Positions 52,721 through 63,370 of a DNA stretch of 64,000 nucleotides are shown here, piece after piece. Numbering within the stretch: the first letter of the stretch is position 1; the number at the start of each line of letters is the position of its first letter. Below the pieces are notes generated by a model, which was not told the DNA's origin, did not search any database, and saw only the letters and a list, made by a program, of their open reading frames with translations. The position numbers and the translations under genes were made by a program. The stretch is taken from positions 17,351 through 81,350 of the forward strand of contig JABDLS010000047.1 in assembly GCA_013002885.1 (NCBI GenBank), read 5' to 3'. This stretch comes from Gemmatimonadota bacterium. GTDB lineage: Bacteria > Gemmatimonadota > Gemmatimonadetes > Longimicrobiales > Gaopeijiaceae.

Positions 52721-55700
52721 ATGACATACCCCGAGCTGCCGAGCAGCCTCCTCGACGTGGAGGAGGAGTCCCTTCGTCGTTGGCGCGACGAAGACCTCTT
52801 CCGCCAGACACTGGAGCAGAACGCCGACCAGGAGCGCTTCGTCTTCTACGAAGGTCCGCCCACCGCGAACGGCCGGCCGGGCCTACATCACATTCTCAGC
52901 CGTACCATCAAAGACCTCGTCTGCCGTCACCGGGCCATGCTCGGCCACAGCGTCACCCGGATCGCGGGGTGGGATACGCATGGGCTACCGGTTGAGATCG
53001 AGGCCGAGAAGAAGCTGGGCATCAGCGGTAAGCCTGAAATCGAAGCCCTGGGCATCGCCGAGTTCAATCAAGCGTGCAAGGACTCGGTCTTCACGTACAA
53101 GGAGGAGTGGGAGGAACTCAGCGAGCGTATCGGCTACTGGCTCGAGTACTGGCGCCCCTACGTCACCTTCCACACCACCTACATCGAGTCGGTGTGGGCC
53201 ATCCTCAAGACCATCGCGGACAAGGACCTCCTCTACCGCGGGCACAAGAGCGTGCCGTATTGCCCGCGGTGCGGGACCGCACTTTCGTCCCACGAGGTGG
53301 CTCAGGGCTACCGCGACGTCTGGGATCCGTCGTTGACCTTCGTGTGCGAGGTCGTCGATGCCGATGGCGAGCCCGACCCGGAGGGCAGGGCGATCCTGGC
53401 CTGGACGACGACGCCATGGACCGTGCCGTCGAACACGGGCCTGGCCGTCCACCCCGACCTCTCGTATGTGGAGGTGGCTCGCGACGGTCGCCGCTACATC
53501 GTCGCCGAGGGGCGCGCCGAGGCCATCTTCGGCGAAGAGGCCGACGTCGTGGGGCACCTTCGAGGCAGCGAGATGGTGGGCTGGCGGTACCGTCGCCCTC
53601 TGGACCTGGTCCCCGAGCCTGAGGATTCCGGCAACGGCTGGACCGTCGTAGCCGAGGACTTCGTGAGCGCCGACGACGGGACGGGTATCGTCCACATGGC
53701 GCCGGCGTTCGGGGCCGACGACTACGCCGCCGGTCAGCGTCACGGACTGCCCATGCTCAACCCCATCGACGACGCCGGTCGCTTCGAGGAGGGCATCGAG
53801 CTGGTGGGTGGGCTGTTCGTAAAGGACGCCGACGCGGTCCTCGTCGACGAGTTGAAGGCGAGGACGCTGCTCTTCGAGCTCGATCGCGTCGAGCACAGCT
53901 ACCCTCATTGCTGGCGCTGCGACTCGCCTCTCCTGTACGTAGCCATCGATTCGTGGTTCGCGGCGACGTCGACACTGAAGGACCAGCTTCTGGCGAACAA
54001 TGCCCAGATCGCCTGGCACCCACCGGAGGTGGGAGAGAAGCGTTTCGGTGAGTGGCTGCGAGGCAACATCGACTGGGCCCTCTCCCGGGACCGCTACTGG
54101 GGCACGCCCCTTCCGGTCTGGGTGTGCGATGCCGACCGCGACCATATGCGGTGGATCGGCTCCCTGGCCGAACTGGCCGAGCACGCCGGAGCGCTTCCGG
54201 AGGACTTCGATCCCCATCGGCCCTTCATCGACGAAGTTACCTGGGGTTGCTCGGAATGCGCTGGGACCATGAAGCGGACTCCGGAGGTCATCGACGTCTG
54301 GTTCGATTCTGGAGCCATGCCCTACGCCCAGTGGCATTATCCCTTCGAGAACGAAGAGGAGTTCGAGGACCACTTCCCAGCGGACTTCATCTGCGAGGGC
54401 CTGGACCAGACCCGAGGATGGTTCTACTCACTCCTGGCCATCTCGACCATGCTCGGGCGCGGACCGTCCTTCAAGGCCTGCCTCGTGAACGACCTGGTTC
54501 TCGACTCCGAGGGCCAGAAGATGTCCAAGTCCAAGGGCAACATCGTGAACCCTTGGGACGCGGTGGGGGAGCACGGAGCCGACGCCGTGCGCTGGTACTT
54601 CATCACCTCGTCGAACCCGTGGCTGCCCAAGCGCTACGATCCGGAAGGCGTCTCCGAGGCGGCCCGCAAGTTCTTCGACACCCTCTTCAACTCCTATCGC
54701 TTCTTCACCCTCTACGCCTCGGTGGAGGGGTGGGTCCCGTCGGATGACGACCCGGCGGTGACGGAGCGACCGCTCCTGGATCGGTGGCTCGTGGCCCGCC
54801 TCGATTCGGTGGTAGGTGAGGTGTGCTCGGGGCTCGACGGCTACGATCTCACCCGCGCGTACCGCGCTCTAGGCGACTTCGTCGTCGAGGACCTCTCCAA
54901 CTGGTACGTACGTCGCAATCGTGCCCGCTTCTGGAACAGCGACGACGATGCCGACCAGCGAGCAGCTTTCCGGACGCTCTACGACGCCTTGCGCCAGGTA
55001 GCGCTTCTGGCGGCACCGTGCACACCCTTCTCCTCTGACTGGCTCCATCGTGCGCTCACCGGTGAGAGCGTCCACCTCCAGCGCTTTCCCTCTGCACTCG
55101 GAGCGTCCGAGCGAGACGCCCTCCTCGCGGGCGAGGACCTCGAGGGCGACATGGATGCGGTTCGAACCCTCGTTTCGCTGGGCCGTGCGGCTCGGGAAGA
55201 CGTGCAGATCCGCGTGCGGCAGCCTCTCAGACAGGTACGAGCCGTCGTCCCCGGGGGGCGGACGCTCTCCGAGGAGATGCTGGAGGTCGTTCGGGACGAG
55301 TTGAACGTGAAGGAGGTGGGCTTCCTCTCCACGTCCGAGGGGCTGGTGAGCCTTACGGCCAAGCCGAACTACCGCTCCCTCGGGAGCCGCTTCGGCAAGC
55401 GGACCAACGACGTGGCCAACCGGATCAGGGCGCTCTCCGAGGAGGACCTCCGAGCCTACCAGGCCACGGGGATGCTGTCTGTCGAGCTGAACGGAGAATC
55501 CCACGATCTGGGCGCAGACGACCTGGACGTGATTCAGGAGGCGTCCGGCGGGTTGGCGGTGAAGGGGGAGGGCGCCTACACCGTGGCCCTCGACCCCTCG
55601 CTCGACGACGAGCTGAGGGCGGAAGGTGTCGCCCGTGAACTCGTGAATCGTATCCAGCGCCTGCGTCGAGATGCCGGCCTCGAGATCTCGGACCGGATCG

Positions 55701-55891
55701 AACTCCGGGTGGCCGGATCGAAGGAGATCCGTACCGCGGCGGAGAGCCATCGGGACTTCATCGGTGGAGAGGTGCTGGCGGCGCAGATGAATGTGGTCGA
55801 GGCCATTGAGGACGGCGACCTGCCCCACGTCCGGGAGGTCGATATCGACGGAACGCCGGCGACCCTCGGTCTGCGGCCTTCGGTTGGCTAG
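52721..55891 (+). CDS. ileS: isoleucine--tRNA ligase
   Basis: 1056 aa. HIGH-region PTANGRPGLHH, editing-domain WTTTPWT, KMSKS motif. C-terminal region typical of the long (type 2-like) IleRS. Confidence 0.97.
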   Translation: MTYPELPSSLLDVEEESLRRWRDEDLFRQTLEQNADQERFVFYEGPPTANGRPGLHHILSRTIKDLVCRHRAMLGHSVTRIAGWDTHGLPVEIEAEKKLGISGKPEIEALGIAEFNQACKDSVFTYKEEWEELSERIGYWLEYWRPYVTFHTTYIESVWAILKTIADKDLLYRGHKSVPYCPRCGTALSSHEVAQGYRDVWDPSLTFVCEVVDADGEPDPEGRAILAWTTTPWTVPSNTGLAVHPDLSYVEVARDGRRYIVAEGRAEAIFGEEADVVGHLRGSEMVGWRYRRPLDLVPEPEDSGNGWTVVAEDFVSADDGTGIVHMAPAFGADDYAAGQRHGLPMLNPIDDAGRFEEGIELVGGLFVKDADAVLVDELKARTLLFELDRVEHSYPHCWRCDSPLLYVAIDSWFAATSTLKDQLLANNAQIAWHPPEVGEKRFGEWLRGNIDWALSRDRYWGTPLPVWVCDADRDHMRWIGSLAELAEHAGALPEDFDPHRPFIDEVTWGCSECAGTMKRTPEVIDVWFDSGAMPYAQWHYPFENEEEFEDHFPADFICEGLDQTRGWFYSLLAISTMLGRGPSFKACLVNDLVLDSEGQKMSKSKGNIVNPWDAVGEHGADAVRWYFITSSNPWLPKRYDPEGVSEAARKFFDTLFNSYRFFTLYASVEGWVPSDDDPAVTERPLLDRWLVARLDSVVGEVCSGLDGYDLTRAYRALGDFVVEDLSNWYVRRNRARFWNSDDDADQRAAFRTLYDALRQVALLAAPCTPFSSDWLHRALTGESVHLQRFPSALGASERDALLAGEDLEGDMDAVRTLVSLGRAAREDVQIRVRQPLRQVRAVVPGGRTLSEEMLEVVRDELNVKEVGFLSTSEGLVSLTAKPNYRSLGSRFGKRTNDVANRIRALSEEDLRAYQATGMLSVELNGESHDLGADDLDVIQEASGGLAVKGEGAYTVALDPSLDDELRAEGVARELVNRIQRLRRDAGLEISDRIELRVAGSKEIRTAAESHRDFIGGEVLAAQMNVVEAIEDGDLPHVREVDIDGTPATLGLRPSVG

Positions 55892-56846
55892 CGGGCCGGG
55901 GACGGTCCACGAACTCGTCGTGGGCCCGGAGGGGGCCGATCGGCTGGACGTTTTCGTTTCCGACCGGCTGGAGCTGTCCCGGACTCGTGTCCAGAAGCTC
56001 GTGGTGGCGGGCCTGGTGACCGTCGACGGCCGCGGCGCGAAGAAGTCCGAGGAGTTGGCGCCGGGGTGCGCCGTACGGGTGCAGGTGCCACCAGCACAGT
56101 CCGTCGAGATCGCCGCCGAAGACCTCCCGCTGGACATCGTCTTCGAGGACGACCACCTGTTGGTGGTGAACAAAGCCGCGGGGATGGTCGTGCATCCTGC
56201 CCCCGGCCACCGATCGGGAACGATGGTGAACGCACTCCTATGGCATGTCCCGAACCTGTCCGGCGTTGGGGGGCGGGCTCGCCCGGGCATCGTGCACAGG
56301 CTCGATCGCGACACGTCGGGCCTCCTCGTCGTTGCCAAGACCGACGCTGCCCACCGTCGGCTCGCCGACGCACTCCGGGCTCGTCGCATCAAGCGCCTCT
56401 ACCAGGCCGCGTGTTGGGGGCACGTAGCCGAGGATGCCTTGGCCATCGACGCGCCCATCGGCCGCGACCCCAACGACCGGAAGCGGATGGCTGTGGTGGA
56501 AGACGGACGCCCGGCTCACACACGGGTGAAGGTGCGGGAGCGCTGGCTGCGAGCCGACCTCCTGGACGTTGCCCTCAAGACCGGACGGACGCATCAGATC
56601 AGGGTCCATCTCGCGCATATCGGCCATCCCGTGGTCGGCGACCAGACCTACGGCGTCGGTTGGGAGCGTGGTCTGGGCGGCCCCACCCGTCGGTGGGTGG
56701 ACGAGCTGGCTCGCCGGGTCAGGCGGCAGTTCCTCCACGCCTCGAAGCTCGCCTTCGAGCATCCGGAGTCAGGTGACCGCATGGAGTTCGAAGCGTCCCT
56801 GCCCGCCGATCTCGGCGGCGTCGCCGAGTGGGCCCGCCAAGGCTGA
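55884..56846 (+). CDS. rluD: RluA-family 23S rRNA pseudouridine synthase (RluD-like)
   Basis: S4 domain (RLDVFVSDRLELSRTRVQKLV). Catalytic HRLDRDTSGLLV. GRTHQIRVH. Start uncertain: TTG 55884 (overlaps the ileS stop) or GTG 55920. Confidence 0.88.
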   Translation: MASGPGTVHELVVGPEGADRLDVFVSDRLELSRTRVQKLVVAGLVTVDGRGAKKSEELAPGCAVRVQVPPAQSVEIAAEDLPLDIVFEDDHLLVVNKAAGMVVHPAPGHRSGTMVNALLWHVPNLSGVGGRARPGIVHRLDRDTSGLLVVAKTDAAHRRLADALRARRIKRLYQAACWGHVAEDALAIDAPIGRDPNDRKRMAVVEDGRPAHTRVKVRERWLRADLLDVALKTGRTHQIRVHLAHIGHPVVGDQTYGVGWERGLGGPTRRWVDELARRVRRQFLHASKLAFEHPESGDRMEFEASLPADLGGVAEWARQG

Positions 56847-56952
56847 CCAATCCCGCTCATGCCCTTTTTTATTCGCCCCTGGAATCCGATACTTAGCGGC
56901 TCGCCGGGATTCGCAGACTGCGGATCTCGCCTCCGAACGCGTTCGTAGCTCC

Positions 56953-58776
56953 ATGTCCGAACTCGATCCGAAACTCACCTTCGAGTCTTTCGTCGTCGGC
57001 CCCGCCAACCGCCTGGCGTCGGCCGCGGCTCGGCGTGCCGCCGAGACACCCGGGACGAGCTACAACCCCCTCTTCCTCTACTCCAAGCCGGGCCTGGGCA
57101 AGACGCACATCCTCACCGCCATCGCCCATAGAGCAGAGTCGGACCGTGTCGAGTACATGGCGCTCGAAGAGTACCTCGACCGTCTGGAGGCGGGCTTGCA
57201 CTCCGGAACCGGCGAGAAGGGTGTGTACGGGGATCTGGACATCCTTCTTCTCGACGACGTCCAGTTCTTGACCGGCCAGCCCGAGGCCCAGGAGATGCTA
57301 CTCAAGACGCTGGACCAACTGACGTCGTCCGAAGGGCAGATCGTGTTGGCCAGCGACCGACCGCCGGCGGACATCAACGGACTCGATGCTCGCCTGCTGT
57401 CGCGCTTCTCAGGGGGGCTCATCGTCGATCTGGGCGCCCCGGAGTACGAGACACGCGTCGCCATCATCAACAAGAAGGCCGAAGAGCGGGGCCAGACCCT
57501 GGAGCCAGGGGTCGCGGAGGCCGTTGCGAAGGCGCCCCTCAAGAATGTCCGCGAGCTCGGTGGCGTCCTCAACAAGATATTCGCTACGCAGGACCTGGAA
57601 GACCGGCGCGTCGCCATCGAAGAAGTGGCCGCGCTTCTCGAGAAACAGGACGAGGCGGCTGCCCTCAGTAGCGGCTCCGACGAATTCGGCTCGTTCCTCA
57701 CCGAACTCACGTCGACGGTCGAGACCGTGGTCGAGGAGAAGGAGGAGCTGTGGAGAAAGACGCTTCGAGACGCCATCGAGACGGCGGACCGGCGGGGCTT
57801 TTCGACGCTCCGCCTCGAATCGCTCCTCGACAGTTCCGTTGAACCGGAGGGGTGGGAAGAGGCCATCCGAGGCTTCAAGGCCGACCTCCAGCGCCTCCAC
57901 GAGATCGACAATGAGCTGAACCGTCTCGGCAATCCCTGGCCCGAAGCCGCCCAGGGGGTACTCGAGGACCCCGACCGCCTCGAAGAGGCCGAGGCGCTCC
58001 TCACCTCCGTCCGCGAGCGTCAGCGGCCCTTTCCCCGGATCGCGGACGGCGACCAGTTGCACGATCTCGACGACTTCGAAAACATCGCGCTGAAGGCGGC
58101 TGCCCAGTTGGTCGGTGCGGAGAAGCCCGACTACAACCCCTTGTACGTCTGGTCGTCCGACGAAGCGACGGCCAAGACGCTCCTCGGCGCCGTCGGCCGA
58201 ACGTACCAGGAAGCATACCCCGAGCTAGCCATGGCCGTGGCCTCCGTACCCGAGTTCGCCTCGGACTTCATTCGAGCCCTTGGCGAGGGTGTCGCTGGGG
58301 CGTGGCGGGAGCGGTGGTGGACGGTGGACCTCCTCCTTGTCCATGGTATCCAGGATCTGGTTGAGACCGAGCGGGCGCAGGACGAGTTCTTCCACCTTTT
58401 CGAGGCTCTTCGTCGACGTGGAGCGAGGATGATGTTCGTGGGCGATCGGGCTCCGGCGTCCATATCGGAAATCGACGATCGTATGCGTTCCCGATTCGAG
58501 GGTGGTCTCGTCCTGGAGGCATCGACGGGTACCATCGTGCCTCTTGAGCTCGTCGAGTCGTCCGACGACGAGCATGCCGGCTCCGACGACGCCATCTTCG
58601 TGCCGGATCTCGATGACGGCGCGGACGACGGCGAGGCTGGTGGCACGTCGTCGAGGCCTCAACCAGTGCCCATCGAGGCCGCGACGCAGAGGGGTGGCGC
58701 GTGGTTCCCCGGACCAGAGAACGCGGTGATCCACTGGCCGCGCTTCGAGGAGCTCCTCATCGAGGAGCTAGACTGA
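56953..58776 (+). CDS. tandem DnaA-domain-III (AAA+) protein lacking DnaA domain IV; module 1 intact, module 2 degenerate
   Basis: Module 1: FESFVVGPANRLA..YNPLFLYSKPGLGKTH (Walker A), ILLLDDVQF (Walker B), LASDRPP, RLLSRF (box VII Arg), NVRELGGVLNK (sensor II). Module 2 starts near 58132: YNPLYVWSSDEATAKT, LLLVHGIQ, ERAQDEFFHLFEAL, FVGDRAP, RMRSRFEGGL. No HTH domain IV. ATG 56953 follows a 106-nt gap. Confidence 0.85.
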   Translation: MSELDPKLTFESFVVGPANRLASAAARRAAETPGTSYNPLFLYSKPGLGKTHILTAIAHRAESDRVEYMALEEYLDRLEAGLHSGTGEKGVYGDLDILLLDDVQFLTGQPEAQEMLLKTLDQLTSSEGQIVLASDRPPADINGLDARLLSRFSGGLIVDLGAPEYETRVAIINKKAEERGQTLEPGVAEAVAKAPLKNVRELGGVLNKIFATQDLEDRRVAIEEVAALLEKQDEAAALSSGSDEFGSFLTELTSTVETVVEEKEELWRKTLRDAIETADRRGFSTLRLESLLDSSVEPEGWEEAIRGFKADLQRLHEIDNELNRLGNPWPEAAQGVLEDPDRLEEAEALLTSVRERQRPFPRIADGDQLHDLDDFENIALKAAAQLVGAEKPDYNPLYVWSSDEATAKTLLGAVGRTYQEAYPELAMAVASVPEFASDFIRALGEGVAGAWRERWWTVDLLLVHGIQDLVETERAQDEFFHLFEALRRRGARMMFVGDRAPASISEIDDRMRSRFEGGLVLEASTGTIVPLELVESSDDEHAGSDDAIFVPDLDDGADDGEAGGTSSRPQPVPIEAATQRGGAWFPGPENAVIHWPRFEELLIEELD

Positions 58777-60395
58777 TGGCCATCGAAGGCGCACTCCAGG
58801 ACGTCAGTCTGGCCGACATCTGCCAACTCCTCGGCATGGGCGGGAAGACCGGATGTCTCAGCATCACCGACCGGTCGAACTTCGGCTACATCTACTTCGA
58901 GAAGGGCCGGGTCATCTATGCTTCGGTCCTGAATCGTAAGGACCGCCTCGGCGAACTCCTGGTCCGCAACCACGCCATCACGCGAAAGGATCTGTCGACC
59001 GCTGTCGAGAGACAATCCGAGACCAAGGGCAAGAAGCTGGGTGAGCTCCTCGTGGAGATCGATGCCCTCTCCGAAGAGGTCCTGCAGCGATACATCCAGG
59101 TGCAGATCGAGGAAGCCGTCTACCACCTTTTCGCTTGGAATCAGGGCTCCTTCCATTTCGACACGGGCCAGATGCCCGATGAGGACGGCATCTATCTGGT
59201 CAGCATTCCGCCGGAGGCCCTCCTCATGGAAGGGGCTCGCCGCGTCGACGAGTGGAGCCAGGTCGAGAAGAAGATCCCGTCGTTCGACATCGTCTTTCAG
59301 CTCGACAAGCACCCGGACGAGTCCGACGACGACGTCGATCTAACCAAGGCGCAGAACAAGGTCCTCCCGTTCATCGACGGTGTCCGAACCGTGCATGAAA
59401 TCATGGACGAGGCCGGCCTCGTCGAGTTCGAGACGGGGAAGGCACTGTACGGTCTCATCCAGGCGGGCTACGTGTCCCGGTCGGGAGAGAGAAGCACCAC
59501 CGAGGAGACCGGGGGCGATGAGGCTCTACAGCAGCACTTGAACGTCGGTATAGCGTTCTATCGGTCGGGTATGCTCGAAGACGCGGCCCGCGAGTTCGAG
59601 CAGGCTTTAGCCCTCGAGCCCGAGCAGGCGCGAGCCAACTTCATGATGGGCCTCATCGCCGTCAGGCGGGGCCAACTCGAAGATGCCCTCGGCCACTTCG
59701 GCTCCATGCCTCCTGGAGCGAGCAATGCCTATTCCGTTCATCGCAACACGGCACTGACGCTGGAGCTTCTCGGCCGATACGACGACGCACTCGCTGCCCT
59801 CGACGAAGCCCTGGTCACCAAGCCCACGGATGCCGCTGTGCATCTTTCTCGGGCGATCATCCATATCAAGCGCGGCGACATTCCTCTGGCCCTGGACGCA
59901 CTTCGGCTGTACCGCACGTCACCGTCGGTGAAGAAGCCATCGCCCCAGTACTACGCATATACCGTTCTGGCTGCGGGTGTGAGCAGCGATCTGGATTACG
60001 CGGTAGCCGTCGGCCGCGAAGGGCTCGGGCACTATCCAGACTCGGGTCCGATCCTGGTGAATACCGGCCAGGTCCTGGAGCGCCGGGGCGAAGTGGAAGC
60101 GGCGGCAGCGCTCTACAAGCGGGCCACCCAGGCGAACCCGCCGCTTCCGCAGGCCCATAAGAACCTCGGGGACCACGCCTACGCACACGGCGACCAGGAA
60201 GGCGCACGGGCTCAGTACGAAAAGGCGGTGAAACTCGCGCCGAGGCTCGGCGACGACGTCTACCTCCGACTCGGCACACTCGCCTACCAGGGCAACGACC
60301 GCGACGTCGCCGTCCTTCTGTGGCGCCGGGCATTGGACCTCAATCCCAACAACCAGGCCGTCCAGGCGAACCTGGAGATGCTCCAGGGCGAGTGA
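58776..60395 (+). CDS. DUF4388 (PATAN-like) domain protein with T2SSE_N/MshEN-like repeats and C-terminal TPR repeats
   Basis: GALQDVSLADICQLLGMGGKTGCLSI...GYIYFEKGRVIYA (DUF4388 signature). Two RLGELLV/KLGELLV 24-aa repeats. TPR-like helices from about residue 290 to the end. TGATG overlap with the upstream stop. Confidence 0.8.
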   Translation: MAIEGALQDVSLADICQLLGMGGKTGCLSITDRSNFGYIYFEKGRVIYASVLNRKDRLGELLVRNHAITRKDLSTAVERQSETKGKKLGELLVEIDALSEEVLQRYIQVQIEEAVYHLFAWNQGSFHFDTGQMPDEDGIYLVSIPPEALLMEGARRVDEWSQVEKKIPSFDIVFQLDKHPDESDDDVDLTKAQNKVLPFIDGVRTVHEIMDEAGLVEFETGKALYGLIQAGYVSRSGERSTTEETGGDEALQQHLNVGIAFYRSGMLEDAAREFEQALALEPEQARANFMMGLIAVRRGQLEDALGHFGSMPPGASNAYSVHRNTALTLELLGRYDDALAALDEALVTKPTDAAVHLSRAIIHIKRGDIPLALDALRLYRTSPSVKKPSPQYYAYTVLAAGVSSDLDYAVAVGREGLGHYPDSGPILVNTGQVLERRGEVEAAAALYKRATQANPPLPQAHKNLGDHAYAHGDQEGARAQYEKAVKLAPRLGDDVYLRLGTLAYQGNDRDVAVLLWRRALDLNPNNQAVQANLEMLQGE

Positions 60396-61407
60396 GGGTG
60401 ACCGCGCCCCGACGCGCCTCGCTGACCTTTGCGCCCATCCTTACTGCCTGCGTCCTTGTGGTGCCCATGGTCTTCGGGCCCCCGGACGCTGCCGGGCAGG
60501 AGCGCCCGCTCCCCGACACCCTCGACGGGGAGCCGTACGGGTCGGTTCGGAGCCAGCGTGCAATCATCTACCACGCCCCCCGGGATTCGCTGGTGGCCAT
60601 CCGTGTCGGTGAGCTCCTCGACGAACAGGCATCGTTGCCTGGCCTGCCCGAGTCGGTCCCCGACGGAGTCCACGCGGTCCTTGCCCACACGCCCGCTGCC
60701 TTCGACGAGGCCATCGGTGGTGCCGTTCCCGAGTGGCGGGCCGGAGTGGCCATTCCGTCCCGCGACATGCTGGTCATGCCCACGGGAGAAGGCGTCCGCG
60801 TGGTCGACGGTGAGGGCCTCAGGACGCTGCGTCACGAGTGGGCCCACCTCGGCTTGCACCAGACGCTGGGTGACCTCAGGATCCCACGTTGGTTCAACGA
60901 GGGATACGCCCAATGGGCCTCTGGGGGCTTCGACGTCATGGGAGCCTGGCGCCTGCGGGTCCTCATCGCCCTGGGTCGAGCCCCTGAAATGGACTCCCTC
61001 ACTCTGGGTTGGCCTGCGGATCGGGAGCAGGCCCGCACCGCGTATCTCTTGTCGGCCAGCGCCGTGACCTACCTCCTCGAAGCGGGGGGTGAACGAGGTC
61101 TGGAGCTTTTCCTCGAACGTTGGCGCGACACGCGCTCCTTCGAGGGTGCCTTCCGGGAGACGTTCGGCCTTACCACGGGTCAGTTCGAGTCCGACTGGAA
61201 GCGTCACGTCCGTCAGCGCTACGGTTGGCTGTTCGTACTGAGTCATTCGTCGCTCTTCTGGCTGCTGCTGGCACTCGTCTTGCTCTTCATGGTCCGCGGT
61301 CGACAAGGACGGAACAGGGAGAAACTGGCGCGCCTTCGTGCTGATGATCTCCCGGATTCACCGGCCTATTGGGACACGAGTCAAGATTCAGGGGTACGAG
61401 GCCCACC

Positions 61408-61411
<4 letters not shown>
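60392..61411 (+). CDS. peptidase-MA (gluzincin)-like protein with signal/anchor N-terminus and C-terminal TM segment
   Basis: HEWAH-x17-E, giving HExxH-X18-E with WFNEGYAQW (60833-60901). N-terminal hydrophobic LTFAPILTACVLVVPMVF. C-terminal TM LFWLLLALVLLFMV. GTGA overlap with the upstream stop. Confidence 0.75.
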
Positions 61412-62730
<1,319 letters not shown>

Positions 62731-62761
62731 CCTGTTTCGCGGGGGCGGGTAGCCTTCCTCC

Positions 62762-62953
62762 ATGGCCAAGACGACGAAGAAGGACACTCCTGCTGCGCTG
62801 AAGTTCACAAAGGTCAACGCCCTACTGGGCGCGGCGGGGATCGCCGTGCTGACCTTCGGTTATTGGCTGCTCGCCCAGGGCTCCATCACGGCAGCCCCTC
62901 TCCTGCTGGTTCTCGGCTACGTCGTGCTCCTCCCCATGGCCATCATCAAGTAG
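62762..62953 (+). CDS. small two-TM membrane protein (DUF3098-like)
   Basis: 63 aa. Lys-rich N-terminus followed by two hydrophobic helices (LLGAAGIAVLTFGYWLL, APLLLVLGYVVLLPMAII). Confidence 0.6.
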   Translation: MAKTTKKDTPAALKFTKVNALLGAAGIAVLTFGYWLLAQGSITAAPLLLVLGYVVLLPMAIIK

Positions 62954-63346
62954 ATGCCGAGGAAGGCGCTCTCCAGCCCAACGGCCTCGGCCATAGGCCC
63001 GTACTCCCACGCTGTCGACGACGGCACCCACGTCTTCTGTTCGGGGCAGACCCCCATCGATCCGGAGACCGGTCGTCTGAAGGAGGGTGGGGTGGGAGAC
63101 CAGACCCACCAGTGCTTCGACAACCTCTTCGCCGTTCTGGCGGATGGGGGGCTCACAGCGGGCGACGTCGTGAAGGTGAACGTGTACCTCACCGATATGG
63201 ACGATTTCGCGGAGATGAACGAGGCCTACGCCACCCGCTTCGAACGTCCGCCGCCGGCGCGGACGACGGTTGGAGTCGCGGCACTCCCCATGAACGCCCG
63301 GGTCGAGATCGAGTTGGTGGCCAAGAAGTCGCGACACGACCGTTGA
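62954..63346 (+). CDS. ridA: RidA/YjgF-family reactive intermediate deaminase
   Basis: IGPYSHAV, GQTPIDPETG, VKVNVYLTDMDDF, ARTTVGVAALPMNARVEIE. ATG immediately follows the upstream TAG. Confidence 0.92.
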   Translation: MPRKALSSPTASAIGPYSHAVDDGTHVFCSGQTPIDPETGRLKEGGVGDQTHQCFDNLFAVLADGGLTAGDVVKVNVYLTDMDDFAEMNEAYATRFERPPPARTTVGVAALPMNARVEIELVAKKSRHDR

Positions 63347-63370
63347 GGTTTTCCCCCTTCCTGTAGGCCT

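Noticed and set aside
56880-56897. Possible sigma54 promoter TGGAATCCGATACTTAGC upstream of the DnaA-like operon.
   Set aside because: The GG-to-GC spacing is 14 nt instead of the canonical 11, and the -12 element is TAGC rather than TTGC. It does not fit the -24/-12 geometry.
56569-56952. 5' extensions of track ORFs that overlap the preceding gene, for example 56569 for the DnaA-like gene. Others are 3734, 6056, 8436, 13104, 28183, 29349, 31517, 32889, 36582 and 42392.
   Set aside because: The extensions are out-of-frame read-through of the upstream gene with junk-like sequence. In each case an internal ATG or GTG sits at or just after the upstream stop, often with an SD, and coincides with the start of family homology.
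56847-56952. oriC-like region or DnaA boxes next to the DnaA-like gene.
   Set aside because: Only one weak 6/9 match to TTATCCACA (TTATTCGCC). There is no cluster of boxes and no AT-rich unwinding element beyond a short T6 run. The gene lacks the DnaA DNA-binding domain anyway.
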